NCBI GenBank assembly: GCA_017561835.1
Contig: JAFZBJ010000014.1
Span: forward strand, 1-52,955
Direction: 5' to 3'
DNA length: 52,955 nt
From: Candidatus Saccharimonadota bacterium
Lineage (GTDB): Bacteria; Patescibacteriota; Saccharimonadia; Saccharimonadales; Saccharimonadaceae
Shown here piece by piece: positions 40,895 to 49,041 of the stretch. Both the position numbers and the translations under genes were made by a program. The notes under the pieces were generated by a model that was given only the letters and a program-made list of their open reading frames with translations, was not told where the DNA came from and did no database searches. The stretch's first letter is position 1, and each line of letters begins with the position of its first letter.

Positions 40895-41263
40895 TTAGAG
40901 AACAATAGCGTCACACGAAACATTACCACCTATAGTATTACCACCAACAACATGCCCACTTGTTTCAACGTTACCGGAAACATCTTTACAACAAACATAG
41001 CCTCCGCTCGACTTAATGTTGCCAGTTACATCGCCAACTACAGCCAAATCACCATTGGTTACGGTGATTTCCCCATTAACATTTCCACTAATCTCGAAAC
41101 GTTCAACGTCTTCGACGTGAATAGTATGGGTCCCGCCAATGACAACAAACCGGGTCGACTCATCGACGAAAAAGTGCGGCACTTTTTTCCCATCGATATA
41201 AATCCCATCTTTTTTTACATCGATGTTAACACCGTCCCAATAATTATCTACGTTAATGTCCAT
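40895..41263 (-). CDS. orphan 122-aa protein with G-[DN]-[VI] beta-solenoid repeats (bactofilin/adhesin-like)
   Basis: SD ggaggtg. Repeats GNVNG, GDL, GDVTGNI, DVSGNV, GGNV. TGTTATAAT promoter near 41303-41311. Confidence 0.7.
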   Translation of the reverse strand: MDINVDNYWDGVNIDVKKDGIYIDGKKVPHFFVDESTRFVVIGGTHTIHVEDVERFEISGNVNGEITVTNGDLAVVGDVTGNIKSSGGYVCCKDVSGNVETSGHVVGGNTIGGNVSCDAIVL

Positions 41264-41327
41264 ATACACCTCCAGAAAAATATTTGGCAATCTGCCACCA
41301 TAATTATAACATTTTTGCCTAAAAAAG

Positions 41328-41357
41328 CAAGAAAAACCCCAGGGCAAAAGCCCTGGG
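41328..41357 (-). terminator. terminator, direct repeat of 40859-40886
   Basis: caagaaaaac-cccagggc-aaaa-gccctggg. Confidence 0.75.
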
Positions 41358-41591
41358 TTAAATGTAACTTAGCGACCACTTCCTCCCCACGCTCCAGCAG
41401 GGTGATCAGGGTCATTGGCGAGCGGCATATCATCGTTCGCCGTGATCGATTTGTCAATACGCTTATGCTTAAATCCATACCGGATAGGCTTAAAAAGTCA
41501 ACCATTTTAAACTGCTTAGGCTTATCTCTTGTGAGGGGGGTTGTAAAGTGCGGCCCCGGATGCTAACTTTGGCTTGGGTTGGAGGAACTTT

Positions 41592-41663
41592 ATGTTTGCG
41601 AGCCAATGGACCCCCGGACGTCAGGGGGGTACATTCGTGGCAATTCTAGGTAGCCGGGCTTAA
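41592..41663 (+). CDS. possible 23-aa leader peptide MFASQWTPGRQGGTFVAILGSRA
   Basis: SD ggagg 6 nt upstream. Promoter TTGTAA-17-TAACTT with TG at 41541-41569. May instead be only a structured UTR. Confidence 0.3.
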   Translation: MFASQWTPGRQGGTFVAILGSRA

Positions 41664-41707
41664 GACCCCCAGTACTTTTGCTAAAACAAAAAGAAAGGAG
41701 TCGGATT

Positions 41708-41782
41708 ATGGAGATAGGATTTGCATTCATACTCAAAATCAAACCCAAACATAAAAAGATAGACGTTAGCCTAGAAGACTAA
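41708..41782 (+). CDS. 24-aa peptide MEIGFAFILKIKPKHKKIDVSLED (candidate type I toxin-like)
   Basis: SD aaaggag 7 nt upstream. The 3' end overlaps an antisense RNA terminator. Confidence 0.45.
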   Translation: MEIGFAFILKIKPKHKKIDVSLED

Positions 41783-41825
41783 CGCCTATCATACTCAAAT
41801 CCAGTAGGTTCCTAGAGCCTACATT
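41750..41825 (-). ncRNA. putative ~75-nt antisense sRNA
   Basis: Promoter TTGTTT-17-TATATT with TG (41860-41832). 5' hairpin gtagg/cctac. The 14-bp terminator stem is fully paired only on the minus strand (two G.U) and is followed by U5. Confidence 0.65.
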
Positions 41826-41886
41826 AATGATAATATATCACACCTATGCTTATAAAACAACCGGTCCATGTGCTACAATAGTATTA

Positions 41887-43473
41887 ATGAGTAAAATCAC
41901 CAAATATTTAAACCAGCTCATCACTGGTAACGTCTACGATTCGCCAAAGATTCTGGATTTTTATTCTACCGATCGTTCAATTCTTAAGGTCACACCAAAA
42001 TTCGTGGCCGTACCAGAATCCACCGATGACCTGCAAAAACTACTCAAATTCTTCGACAAATTAACCGAAAGAGACCTTAATATTCCGGTTGCAATCCGCG
42101 GCTCTGGCCTTGGCGAAATGGGCGGCGCGCTATCATCCGGTGTGGTCATTTCCACCGAAAAACTCAACCACCTGATGGAAATCGACACCCGCGAAAAGCT
42201 CGTGCGCGTGCAAGCCGGCATCACCTTAAAAGAGCTCAATACCGCCTTGATGGTAAGCGGCCTAACATTGCCGATCAAAGCCAACGAAAACCGCACAATT
42301 GGCGGGCTAATTGCCGGATTCCCAACCGATGATTTCGCCGGCAAATACGGCGGCATCATGAATTATGTCGAGCGCGCCGAAATCGTGCTTGCAAACGGCG
42401 AGCGCATCCAAACTAATCGCGTTAGCAAACTGTCGGTCAGTAAAAAACTCGCCGACAAAAGCCTCGAAGGCAGCATCTACTACGGCCTCAGCAAGATTTT
42501 TGACGAAAACTCCGCTCTCGTTAGCAAGTTGCAGCAAAATCACACCAGCGCCGCCGGCTATCCAACTGCTGCACTGGTGAAGCGCCGCGACGCCATGAAT
42601 TTGCTCCCGGCTTTCTTTGGTTCTGAAGGTACTTTAGGTGTAATTTCAGAGGTGATTTTGAAGGCCGTACCAATCAAAAAGCAAACCGCCCGTGCCATCA
42701 TTACTTTTCCGAAGCTTAGCCTCGCTACCAAGTTCCTCGAGCCAGTAGCCGCCTTGAAACCTCGTGAGCTCAATCTTTGCGACATCCGCATTTTGAAAGC
42801 TGCCGAAGAAAATGGCAAGACTATTTCCAGCATCACCAAGACTTTGGAAGAAGGCTTTGCGGTCTATGTAAGTTTCGACGAAAAAGTCAGCTCCAACTTC
42901 AAAAAGCTAGCCGCACTCAGCAAAAACCTCGCCCGTTCTACTAAATTAATCACCGAAGACAACGAAAATTCCGCCCTCTTTGACGAATACGAAAACTCGA
43001 TTCTAAACTACTTGAACCTACCAAAAAACGGCGAGTGCGTGCCGCTGCTTACGGATTTCTACTTGCCAAACCACAATCTTTTGGCCTTCCTCGAAGACCT
43101 AAAAACCCTCGAGAAAAAACTCAAAATTGATTTGCCACTCTTTGGCTCGTACGCCAATTCCAACTACAACATCCGTCCGGTTTTGAACCCTATGAGCCTC
43201 GAGTTTAGCGACGAAGCCCTAACCTTACTCAAAGCCGGTACTTTCATCATCAACCGCGGCGGCGGCTCCATCGTAGGCGGCACACCAGAGGGAAGAGTCA
43301 AAGCGCTCGTCACCAATCCGTCACTACCAGAAGATGAAAAGCTATTTTATGCTCGCATCAAGGATCTTTTCGACCCGCACCACATTTTGAACCCAGAAAT
43401 CAAGCTTGGCACCAACCAAACTGCCACTGTGCGCTGTTTTCGCACTACCACTCAGAGCCAAATCGTGGTATAA
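41887..43473 (+). CDS. FAD-binding oxidoreductase, GlcD/D-lactate dehydrogenase-like (VAO family)
   Basis: YSTD.S, RGSG...G, VRVQAG, TIGG, GSEGTLGVI and FDP..ILNP motifs. Confidence 0.85.
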   Translation: MSKITKYLNQLITGNVYDSPKILDFYSTDRSILKVTPKFVAVPESTDDLQKLLKFFDKLTERDLNIPVAIRGSGLGEMGGALSSGVVISTEKLNHLMEIDTREKLVRVQAGITLKELNTALMVSGLTLPIKANENRTIGGLIAGFPTDDFAGKYGGIMNYVERAEIVLANGERIQTNRVSKLSVSKKLADKSLEGSIYYGLSKIFDENSALVSKLQQNHTSAAGYPTAALVKRRDAMNLLPAFFGSEGTLGVISEVILKAVPIKKQTARAIITFPKLSLATKFLEPVAALKPRELNLCDIRILKAAEENGKTISSITKTLEEGFAVYVSFDEKVSSNFKKLAALSKNLARSTKLITEDNENSALFDEYENSILNYLNLPKNGECVPLLTDFYLPNHNLLAFLEDLKTLEKKLKIDLPLFGSYANSNYNIRPVLNPMSLEFSDEALTLLKAGTFIINRGGGSIVGGTPEGRVKALVTNPSLPEDEKLFYARIKDLFDPHHILNPEIKLGTNQTATVRCFRTTTQSQIVV

Positions 43474-43503
43474 TATCAAAAATTTATAGGAGAGTTATTT
43501 TTT

Positions 43504-44781
43504 ATGAAAACTACAGTCAAGAAACTGTCTGATACTCGCGTTGAAATCAAAGTCGTACTAGATAGCAAAGATTTGGAACCAGCTAAAAAACAAGCCCTCG
43601 AACGCTTGGCTAAGGAAGTCAAGGTTGAAGGCTTTAGACAAGGCAAAGTCCCAACCGACATCGCTGCTAAATTTATCCCTGATAATGACTTGAGTCGCGA
43701 AGCTGCCGACATCGCTGTTCGCACCACCGTTATCGACGCTTTCACCCAGAACGAAAAATCCCCGCTCGTGATTCCACGCGTTGAAATTACCAAATATGTA
43801 CCAAACGAAACTCTCGAATACACCGCTACGGCCGACATTTTGCCAGAGGTAAAACTCGGTGATTACAAAAACCTCGGCGTCAAACGCGAAAAAGTTGAAG
43901 TCAAAGAATCCGACGTTAAAGACGTGCTTAATAATATCGCAAAATCTTTCGCCGAAAGAAAAGCCATCAAGCGCGCCGCCAAAGAAACCGACGAAGTTAT
44001 CATCGATTTTGTAGGCAAAAAAGACGGCAAAGCCTTCCCGGGCGGCTCCGCCAAAGACTACCATTTGGTACTTGGCTCCAAAACCTTTATCCCTGGTTTC
44101 GAAGATGGTATCATCGGCCACGAACCTGGCGACAGCTTTAATCTTGACCTTACTTTCCCTAAAGACTACGGCGCAAAAGAGCTCGCCGGCGCTAAAACCA
44201 CTTTTGAAGTACTCTTGAAACAAGTCAACGAAGTAGTGATGCCAGAAATCAACGACGACCTCGCCAAAAAATGCGGTCCATTCAAGACTATTGCCGACCT
44301 TAAGGCCGACATTAAGAAAAATATCGAAGCCCAAAACAATCACCGCCTGGAAGAGAATTACAAAGATGCTTTGATTGAAGCTTTGGTGAAAAAATCCAAA
44401 ATCGCCGCTCCAGAAATCCTCATCGACGACCAAATGCGCATGATCAAAGACGATCTTACCCGCAACGCCGCTTCTCAAGGCCTCAGTTTTGAAGATTATC
44501 TAAAACAAGCTGGTGAAACCGAAGAATCTTGGGAAAAACAGGCTCGCACCATCGCCGAAGCCCGCGTTAAAGCCTCTCTCGCTCTCCAAGTTTTGGCCCG
44601 TGATCAAAAAATCACCGTCAAAGACGAAGTAGTTGAAGCCAAAATCGCCGAACTCCGCGAAATCTACAAAAAATCCCCAGAAGCTTTGAAGAATCTCAAA
44701 GATCCAAACGTCAAGATGGACATCCGAAACCGCATGGTCATCGAAAAAACCATCGACTTCCTCGTAAAGGCCCAAAAATAA
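43504..44781 (+). CDS. tig: trigger factor
   Basis: Ribosome-binding GFRQGKVP and FKBP domain IDFVG..DG..F.GG..LGS..FIPGFE..FP.DY. Confidence 0.96.
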   Translation: MKTTVKKLSDTRVEIKVVLDSKDLEPAKKQALERLAKEVKVEGFRQGKVPTDIAAKFIPDNDLSREAADIAVRTTVIDAFTQNEKSPLVIPRVEITKYVPNETLEYTATADILPEVKLGDYKNLGVKREKVEVKESDVKDVLNNIAKSFAERKAIKRAAKETDEVIIDFVGKKDGKAFPGGSAKDYHLVLGSKTFIPGFEDGIIGHEPGDSFNLDLTFPKDYGAKELAGAKTTFEVLLKQVNEVVMPEINDDLAKKCGPFKTIADLKADIKKNIEAQNNHRLEENYKDALIEALVKKSKIAAPEILIDDQMRMIKDDLTRNAASQGLSFEDYLKQAGETEESWEKQARTIAEARVKASLALQVLARDQKITVKDEVVEAKIAELREIYKKSPEALKNLKDPNVKMDIRNRMVIEKTIDFLVKAQK

Positions 44782-44787
44782 ACCATC

Positions 44788-44819
44788 AAAAATCCCCGCA
44801 ATTTGCGGGGATTTTTTTT
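44788..44819. terminator. bidirectional terminator
   Basis: aaaaatccccgcaa / ttgcggggattttt between tig and the convergent orphan operon. Confidence 0.85.
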
Positions 44820-44825
44820 GTTGCT

Positions 44826-44987
44826 TTATAAGAATACAACCATGGTGGCAATAACCGCCACCGCCACAAGAACTCCTAAGAAGATAAAACATTTCTTCAT
44901 CTCCTTGAATTCTTTGTCGCTGACGCGACCATTTTTGTCGTGATTTCTCGACTTTAGATCGTCGAGAGTCATCATAGAGTTTCCCAC
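44826..44987 (-). CDS. 53-aa tail-anchored microprotein with an EF-hand-like loop (not in the ORF track)
   Basis: GTG overlaps the upstream TAG, with SD ggaggaggt. Sequence MGNSMMTLDDLKSRNHDKNGRVSDKEFKEMKKCFIFLGVLVAVAVIATMVVFL. Confidence 0.65.
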   Translation of the reverse strand: MGNSMMTLDDLKSRNHDKNGRVSDKEFKEMKKCFIFLGVLVAVAVIATMVVFL

Positions 44988-45109
44988 TACTTTTTCTTAC
45001 CTCCTCCCAAAAGGGCGTCGATAAGACCAAATAACGCAAGGAATGGCACGAGGATTAAATCCTCAACCACCCCATAGCTCTGGGTTTTTTTGCTCCTTCT
45101 TTTTGCCAT
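44987..45109 (-). CDS. 40-aa single-TM microprotein (not in the ORF track)
   Basis: SD taaggaggtg. Sequence MAKRRSKKTQSYGVVEDLILVPFLALFGLIDALLGGGKKK. Confidence 0.65.
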   Translation of the reverse strand: MAKRRSKKTQSYGVVEDLILVPFLALFGLIDALLGGGKKK

Positions 45110-45121
45110 AAAATCACCTCC

Positions 45122-45463
45122 TTAAGATGTTGGCAATGGATTCACGTAATAATACTGTCCGCCTCCTTCAGCGCCTTTACAACGCCGGATTTCGTAGGGG
45201 ACGTTATTGATGTCTACCCAGTACTTGTCCTCGGAATAGTACATCTTTCGCACTAACTCCCACGGCACAATGCTTGGGTCAGCCTGTTCGCTGACACAGC
45301 ATGATACAGCTTCCGTCGGCGTAGCCTCCGGCCGCACCAGATCCGAGTCAAAATAATTCTCGCCGGTAATTGCATACAAAAAAAGCATAAATAGAAGCGC
45401 GCCGATAAGCCCCGCAGGAATCCCAATAATAAAGAATCCCAATGCATCATATTTATCTCCCAT
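45122..45463 (-). CDS. orphan 113-aa single-TM protein
   Basis: ATG 45463 behind SD aggaggtg, with an N-terminal TM. First gene of a three-gene orphan operon. Confidence 0.7.
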   Translation of the reverse strand: MGDKYDALGFFIIGIPAGLIGALLFMLFLYAITGENYFDSDLVRPEATPTEAVSCCVSEQADPSIVPWELVRKMYYSEDKYWVDINNVPYEIRRCKGAEGGGQYYYVNPLPTS

Positions 45464-45531
45464 AGGACCACCTCCTAAAAAAGAAGTAGGGTGCAAAGCA
45501 ACAAAAATTTAAAATGCACCCCCATACCTTA

Positions 45532-45560
45532 ATTATAGCATAAACACCTTAAAAAGTCAA
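45532..45560 (-). promoter_or_regulatory. stereotyped orphan-cassette promoter
   Basis: ttgactttttaaggtgtttatgctataat. Confidence 0.8.
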
Positions 45561-45694
45561 TATTGTAAAACCATGCGCACCCCTATTGCATTTTTTTACC
45601 TTTTAAGGTAAAATAGGTGAAAGAGTTTCATCTCGTTTATTATTGCTGTATCGATAAACGGGGAAAATATCAATTTAAATAAGGAATTTTAATT

Positions 45695-46108
45695 GTGCCA
45701 ACAATTAATCAATTGATTCGCAAGCCTAGAAAAAGTGCTGCGAAGAAATCCAAAGCTCCAGCTCTTGGTTCCATCATCAATACTTTGAAAACCAAGCGCT
45801 ATGAGAAAGACGCTCCACTCAAACGTGGTGTCTGTATCAAAGTTACTACCAAGACTCCAAAGAAACCAAACTCCGCTATGCGTAAAGTCGCTCGTGTGCG
45901 CCTTACCAATGGCCAAGAAGTTTGGGCCTACATCGGTGGTGAAGGTCACAACCTCCAGGAGCACGCCGTTGTGCTCGTCCGTGGTGGTCGTGTGCCAGAT
46001 CTTCCAGGTGTACGTTATCACATTGTTCGTGGTACGCTCGATCTCCAAGGTGTTCAAGGTCGCAAACAAGGCCGTTCTAAATACGGTGCTAAAAAGGAGG
46101 ATAAGTAA
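45695..46108 (+). CDS. rpsL: 30S ribosomal protein S12
   Basis: [27 protein letters not shown] and [15 protein letters not shown] start. Confidence 0.98.
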   Translation: MPTINQLIRKPRKSAAKKSKAPALGSIINTLKTKRYEKDAPLKRGVCIKVTTKTPKKPNSAMRKVARVRLTNGQEVWAYIGGEGHNLQEHAVVLVRGGRVPDLPGVRYHIVRGTLDLQGVQGRKQGRSKYGAKKEDK

Positions 46109-46110
46109 TT

Positions 46111-46590
46111 ATGCCACGCAAAACTACTAAATCCCTAGAGCGCAAAGTTTCACCAGATCGCAAATATCAATCCATCTTGGTGCAACGCTTGATCAACAAA
46201 TCTATGCTTGATGGCAAAAAACAAGCTGCAGAACGCGCTGTTTACGCCGCTATCGAGGGCGCTGCCAAGAAACTTAAAAGCGAAAACCCAGTTGAGGTAC
46301 TCGAAAAAGCTATTGCCAACGTCAGCCCAGATTTCGAAGTTAAATCCCGCCGTGTAGGTGGTGCTAACTACCAAATCCCATTCCCAATCGCTGGTCACCG
46401 CCAACTTCACTTCGCCTTCTCTTGGCTCGTACAATCCGCTCGCGCTCGCGGCGGCATGCCATACGAAAAACGCCTTGAGACTGAAATCGTTGACGCCTAC
46501 AACGAAACCGGTGCCGCCTTCAAGAAGAAAGAAGACTGCCACCGCATGGCCGAAGCCAACCGTGCATTTGCACACTTCGCTCGCAGCTAA
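46111..46590 (+). CDS. rpsG: 30S ribosomal protein S7
   Basis: MPRK, DGKK, SRRVGGANYQIP and HRMAEANRAFAHF. Confidence 0.98.
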   Translation: MPRKTTKSLERKVSPDRKYQSILVQRLINKSMLDGKKQAAERAVYAAIEGAAKKLKSENPVEVLEKAIANVSPDFEVKSRRVGGANYQIPFPIAGHRQLHFAFSWLVQSARARGGMPYEKRLETEIVDAYNETGAAFKKKEDCHRMAEANRAFAHFARS

Positions 46591-46603
46591 TTATAAAAGC
46601 GAC

Positions 46604-46640
46604 AAAAAAAAGAAGCTCCCCCGTTACTCGGGGGAGTTTT
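46604..46640. terminator. bidirectional terminator after rpsG
   Basis: agctcccccg / cgggggagtt with A and T tracts. The stop codon of the convergent ORF lies in the loop. Confidence 0.75.
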
Positions 46641-46806
46641 CTGTTTCTTTAGCCTCATCACATTTCCCAAAAATCCTATCGAGGATGAACAAATTTGCTA
46701 AAGAAGCTGGAAAAGGACGCGCATCACCATATAGCAGTACTTCGAGAACACCTATTAAGAAAGCAACTAAGACCGACGTAAGTACTATTAATAACAATCT
46801 CTTCAT
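46624..46806 (-). CDS. orphan 60-aa single-TM protein
   Basis: SD agggaggg. Begins MKRLLLIVLTSVLVAFLIGVL. Own promoter. Confidence 0.65.
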   Translation of the reverse strand: MKRLLLIVLTSVLVAFLIGVLEVLLYGDARPFPASLANLFILDRIFGKCDEAKETENSPE

Positions 46807-46847
46807 AAAACAACCCTCCCTTGCTTTTTTGATATGGTCTGACTATA

Positions 46848-46876
46848 ATTATAGCATAAACGCTTTAAAAAGTCAA
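46848..46876 (-). promoter_or_regulatory. stereotyped orphan-cassette promoter
   Basis: ttgactttttaaagcgtttatgctataat. Confidence 0.8.
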
Positions 46877-46934
46877 TATGCCATAAGTATTAAGGGTGTG
46901 CTATAATAACCACAAGTACTTAAAGGAATCATTA

Positions 46935-47939
46935 ATGATAAAAGTTGCAATCAATGGTTTTGGACGCATCGGTCGCTGCTCCCTCAAGATTTTGCTTGAG
47001 CGGCGCGACGTGCAAGTGATCGCGATTAACGCCACCATGCCGCCAGAAACCGTCGCATATCTCTTAAAACACGATTCGGCCTACGGCACTTACGACAAAA
47101 AAGTGTCCTTTACCGACAAAGCCTTGATTGTAAACTCCCGCGAAATCTTTCTTATCAACGAGCGCGATCCGCTCAATTTGCCATGGAAAAAACTCGGCGT
47201 AGATGTAGTTCTAGAATGCACTGGCGCCTTTACTAAGCCAGAAGAAGCCCGCGCCCACATCAAAGCCGGCGCTAAAAAAGTCGTGATTTCGGCCCCAGCC
47301 AAAGGCGAGGGTGCCAAAACCGTCGTTCTCGGCGTCAACGAGGAAGTCGTAGATAAAACCGACGAAATTATCTCTAACGCCTCCTGCACCACCAACTGTA
47401 TCGCCCCAATTATGAAAGTCCTAGAAGATGAATATGGCATCGAAAAGGCCATGATGAGCACTGTGCACTCTTACACCAATTCGCAACGCATCCTTGATTC
47501 GCCAGCCAAAGACCTCCGCGAAGGTCGCACTGCCGCCGAAAATATCATCCCAACTACTACCGGCGCCTCCAAGGCCGCTGCGCTCACCATTCCTTCGCTC
47601 AAAGACAAATTCACTGGCCTTTCAATCCGCGTCCCTACCCCTGTCGTTTCGCTCGCTGATATCACCGCTATTTTGAAATGTGACGTCACTAAAGAAGAGC
47701 TCCAAAAACTCTTTCGCCGCATCGCTAAAGAGCCTTATTACGAAGGCATCATCGGCGTTTCCGAAGAAGAACTCGTGTCCTCCGATTTTATCGGCGATTC
47801 ACGCTCCTGCATCGTGGATTTGCCACTAATTGATGTTGTGGGTGGAAATATGATAAAAATTGTCGCCTGGTACGACAACGAATGGGGTTATTCAAACCGC
47901 CTCGTTGAGCTGGCCGTCGACTTTGGAAAGGAAGTATAA
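46935..47939 (+). CDS. gap: type I glyceraldehyde-3-phosphate dehydrogenase
   Basis: INGFGRIGR, catalytic SNASCTTNC and WYDNEWGYS. Confidence 0.97.
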   Translation: MIKVAINGFGRIGRCSLKILLERRDVQVIAINATMPPETVAYLLKHDSAYGTYDKKVSFTDKALIVNSREIFLINERDPLNLPWKKLGVDVVLECTGAFTKPEEARAHIKAGAKKVVISAPAKGEGAKTVVLGVNEEVVDKTDEIISNASCTTNCIAPIMKVLEDEYGIEKAMMSTVHSYTNSQRILDSPAKDLREGRTAAENIIPTTTGASKAAALTIPSLKDKFTGLSIRVPTPVVSLADITAILKCDVTKEELQKLFRRIAKEPYYEGIIGVSEEELVSSDFIGDSRSCIVDLPLIDVVGGNMIKIVAWYDNEWGYSNRLVELAVDFGKEV

Positions 47940-48388
47940 TGCAAATTTTTATCGGTTCCGATTACCGTGGCTTTGCCAAAAAACAAGTAATTATTGATTA
48001 TTTAAGAGAGCTCGGCATCACCGTGACCGATCTCGGCGCCCACGAATACAAAGAGGGCGACGACTTTAACGATCCAGCCATCGCCGTAGCTAAAGCCATT
48101 CTCAAAAACCCAGATTCCTATGGTATTTTGCTTTGCGGCTCCGCCCATGGCGTTACCATGCAAGCTAACCGCTTTACCGGCATCCGCGCCGCGCACTGCG
48201 ACTCGCCAGAATCCGCCGTGCTGGCCCGCACTCACGAAAATTCCAACGTGCTTTGCCTTTCTGCCCAATTTAAGTCCGACGAAGAAGTCAAAAATATCAC
48301 CCGCACCTTCCTCGACACCGAGTTTGAGAACTTGGAACGCCGCATTCGCCGCATTAATCGCTTAGATGATAAAAGGGAGCTTCTATGA
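47939..48388 (+). CDS. rpiB: RpiB/LacA/LacB family sugar-phosphate isomerase
   Basis: IGSD..G, DLG, CGS..G, ANRF.GIRAA, AR.H.N.NVL and RR motifs. Confidence 0.85.
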   Translation: MQIFIGSDYRGFAKKQVIIDYLRELGITVTDLGAHEYKEGDDFNDPAIAVAKAILKNPDSYGILLCGSAHGVTMQANRFTGIRAAHCDSPESAVLARTHENSNVLCLSAQFKSDEEVKNITRTFLDTEFENLERRIRRINRLDDKRELL

Positions 48389-49041
48389 TCAAAACCGTCA
48401 CATTAGTACCAACTTTGATGACCGACGACAAGCAGGTTTATCGCAATTTAGTCGAGACCTTTAATACTTTTACGCGTCGTGTTCAAATTGATGTTACTGA
48501 CGACGAGTTCACACCAAATCGCACGCTCGATATCACCAACGTTTGGTGGCCAAACGAGTGGCAAGCCGATTTACATTTCATGGCGCTTTATCCATCCAAA
48601 TATATCGATACTATTATCCGCTTGCATCCATCACTTTGTATCTTGCATGCCGAAGCCAACGAAGACCTCACCCCAACTTTTGCCAAGCTCAAAGAAGCCG
48701 GCATCAAAACCGGTCTCGCGCTTTTGCCACAAACCTATCCAGGCAACGTCAAGCAATACCTTGAAACTATCGACCATGTTTTGATTTTTGCTGGCAAACT
48801 TGGCCAACAAGGTGTCGGCACCGACCTTATGCAAATGGAAAAAATTCCTCTCATCCGCGAACTCCGCCCAACCGTTGAAATTGGCTGGGATGGTGGAGCC
48901 AATATGAGCAACATCCGTGCACTTTCGCACGCTGGTATCGACGTCATCAACGTAGGCGCCGCTATTTCTAAGTCCAACGATCCAGCCAACGCTTTCCGCA
49001 CGCTCAAAGCTGAAATCGATAAAAACGGAGTGGTACTATAA
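48385..49041 (+). CDS. rpe: ribulose-phosphate 3-epimerase (divergent)
   Basis: QIDVTD..F, DLHFM, LHAE, G.AL.P.T, G.QG and WDGG.N. Operon context supports the call. Confidence 0.8.
   Translation: MIKTVTLVPTLMTDDKQVYRNLVETFNTFTRRVQIDVTDDEFTPNRTLDITNVWWPNEWQADLHFMALYPSKYIDTIIRLHPSLCILHAEANEDLTPTFAKLKEAGIKTGLALLPQTYPGNVKQYLETIDHVLIFAGKLGQQGVGTDLMQMEKIPLIRELRPTVEIGWDGGANMSNIRALSHAGIDVINVGAAISKSNDPANAFRTLKAEIDKNGVVL

Noticed and set aside
40580-41566. Overlapping ORFs across the tRNA and trailer, including the 261-aa + ORF 40781-41566
   Set aside because: They overlap the tRNA, the repeats and the antisense of the SD-led 40895-41263 gene, with no start signals.
41576-41700. RNase P RNA (gaggaac resembles GAGGAAAGUCC)
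   Set aside because: Too short, and there is no matching 3' P4 strand.
43558-44478. Long antisense ORFs (306 aa here; also 27964-28731, 33106-33762, 33916-34470, 52057-52743 and many shorter ones)
   Set aside because: They lie opposite well-supported genes and lack motifs or start signals, so they are shadows of codon bias.
47939-49041. Substituted motifs in RpiB (GSDY for GSDH) and Rpe (QID for HxD)
   Set aside because: Other catalytic motifs and operon context are intact, so this is too weak to claim a new function without alignment.
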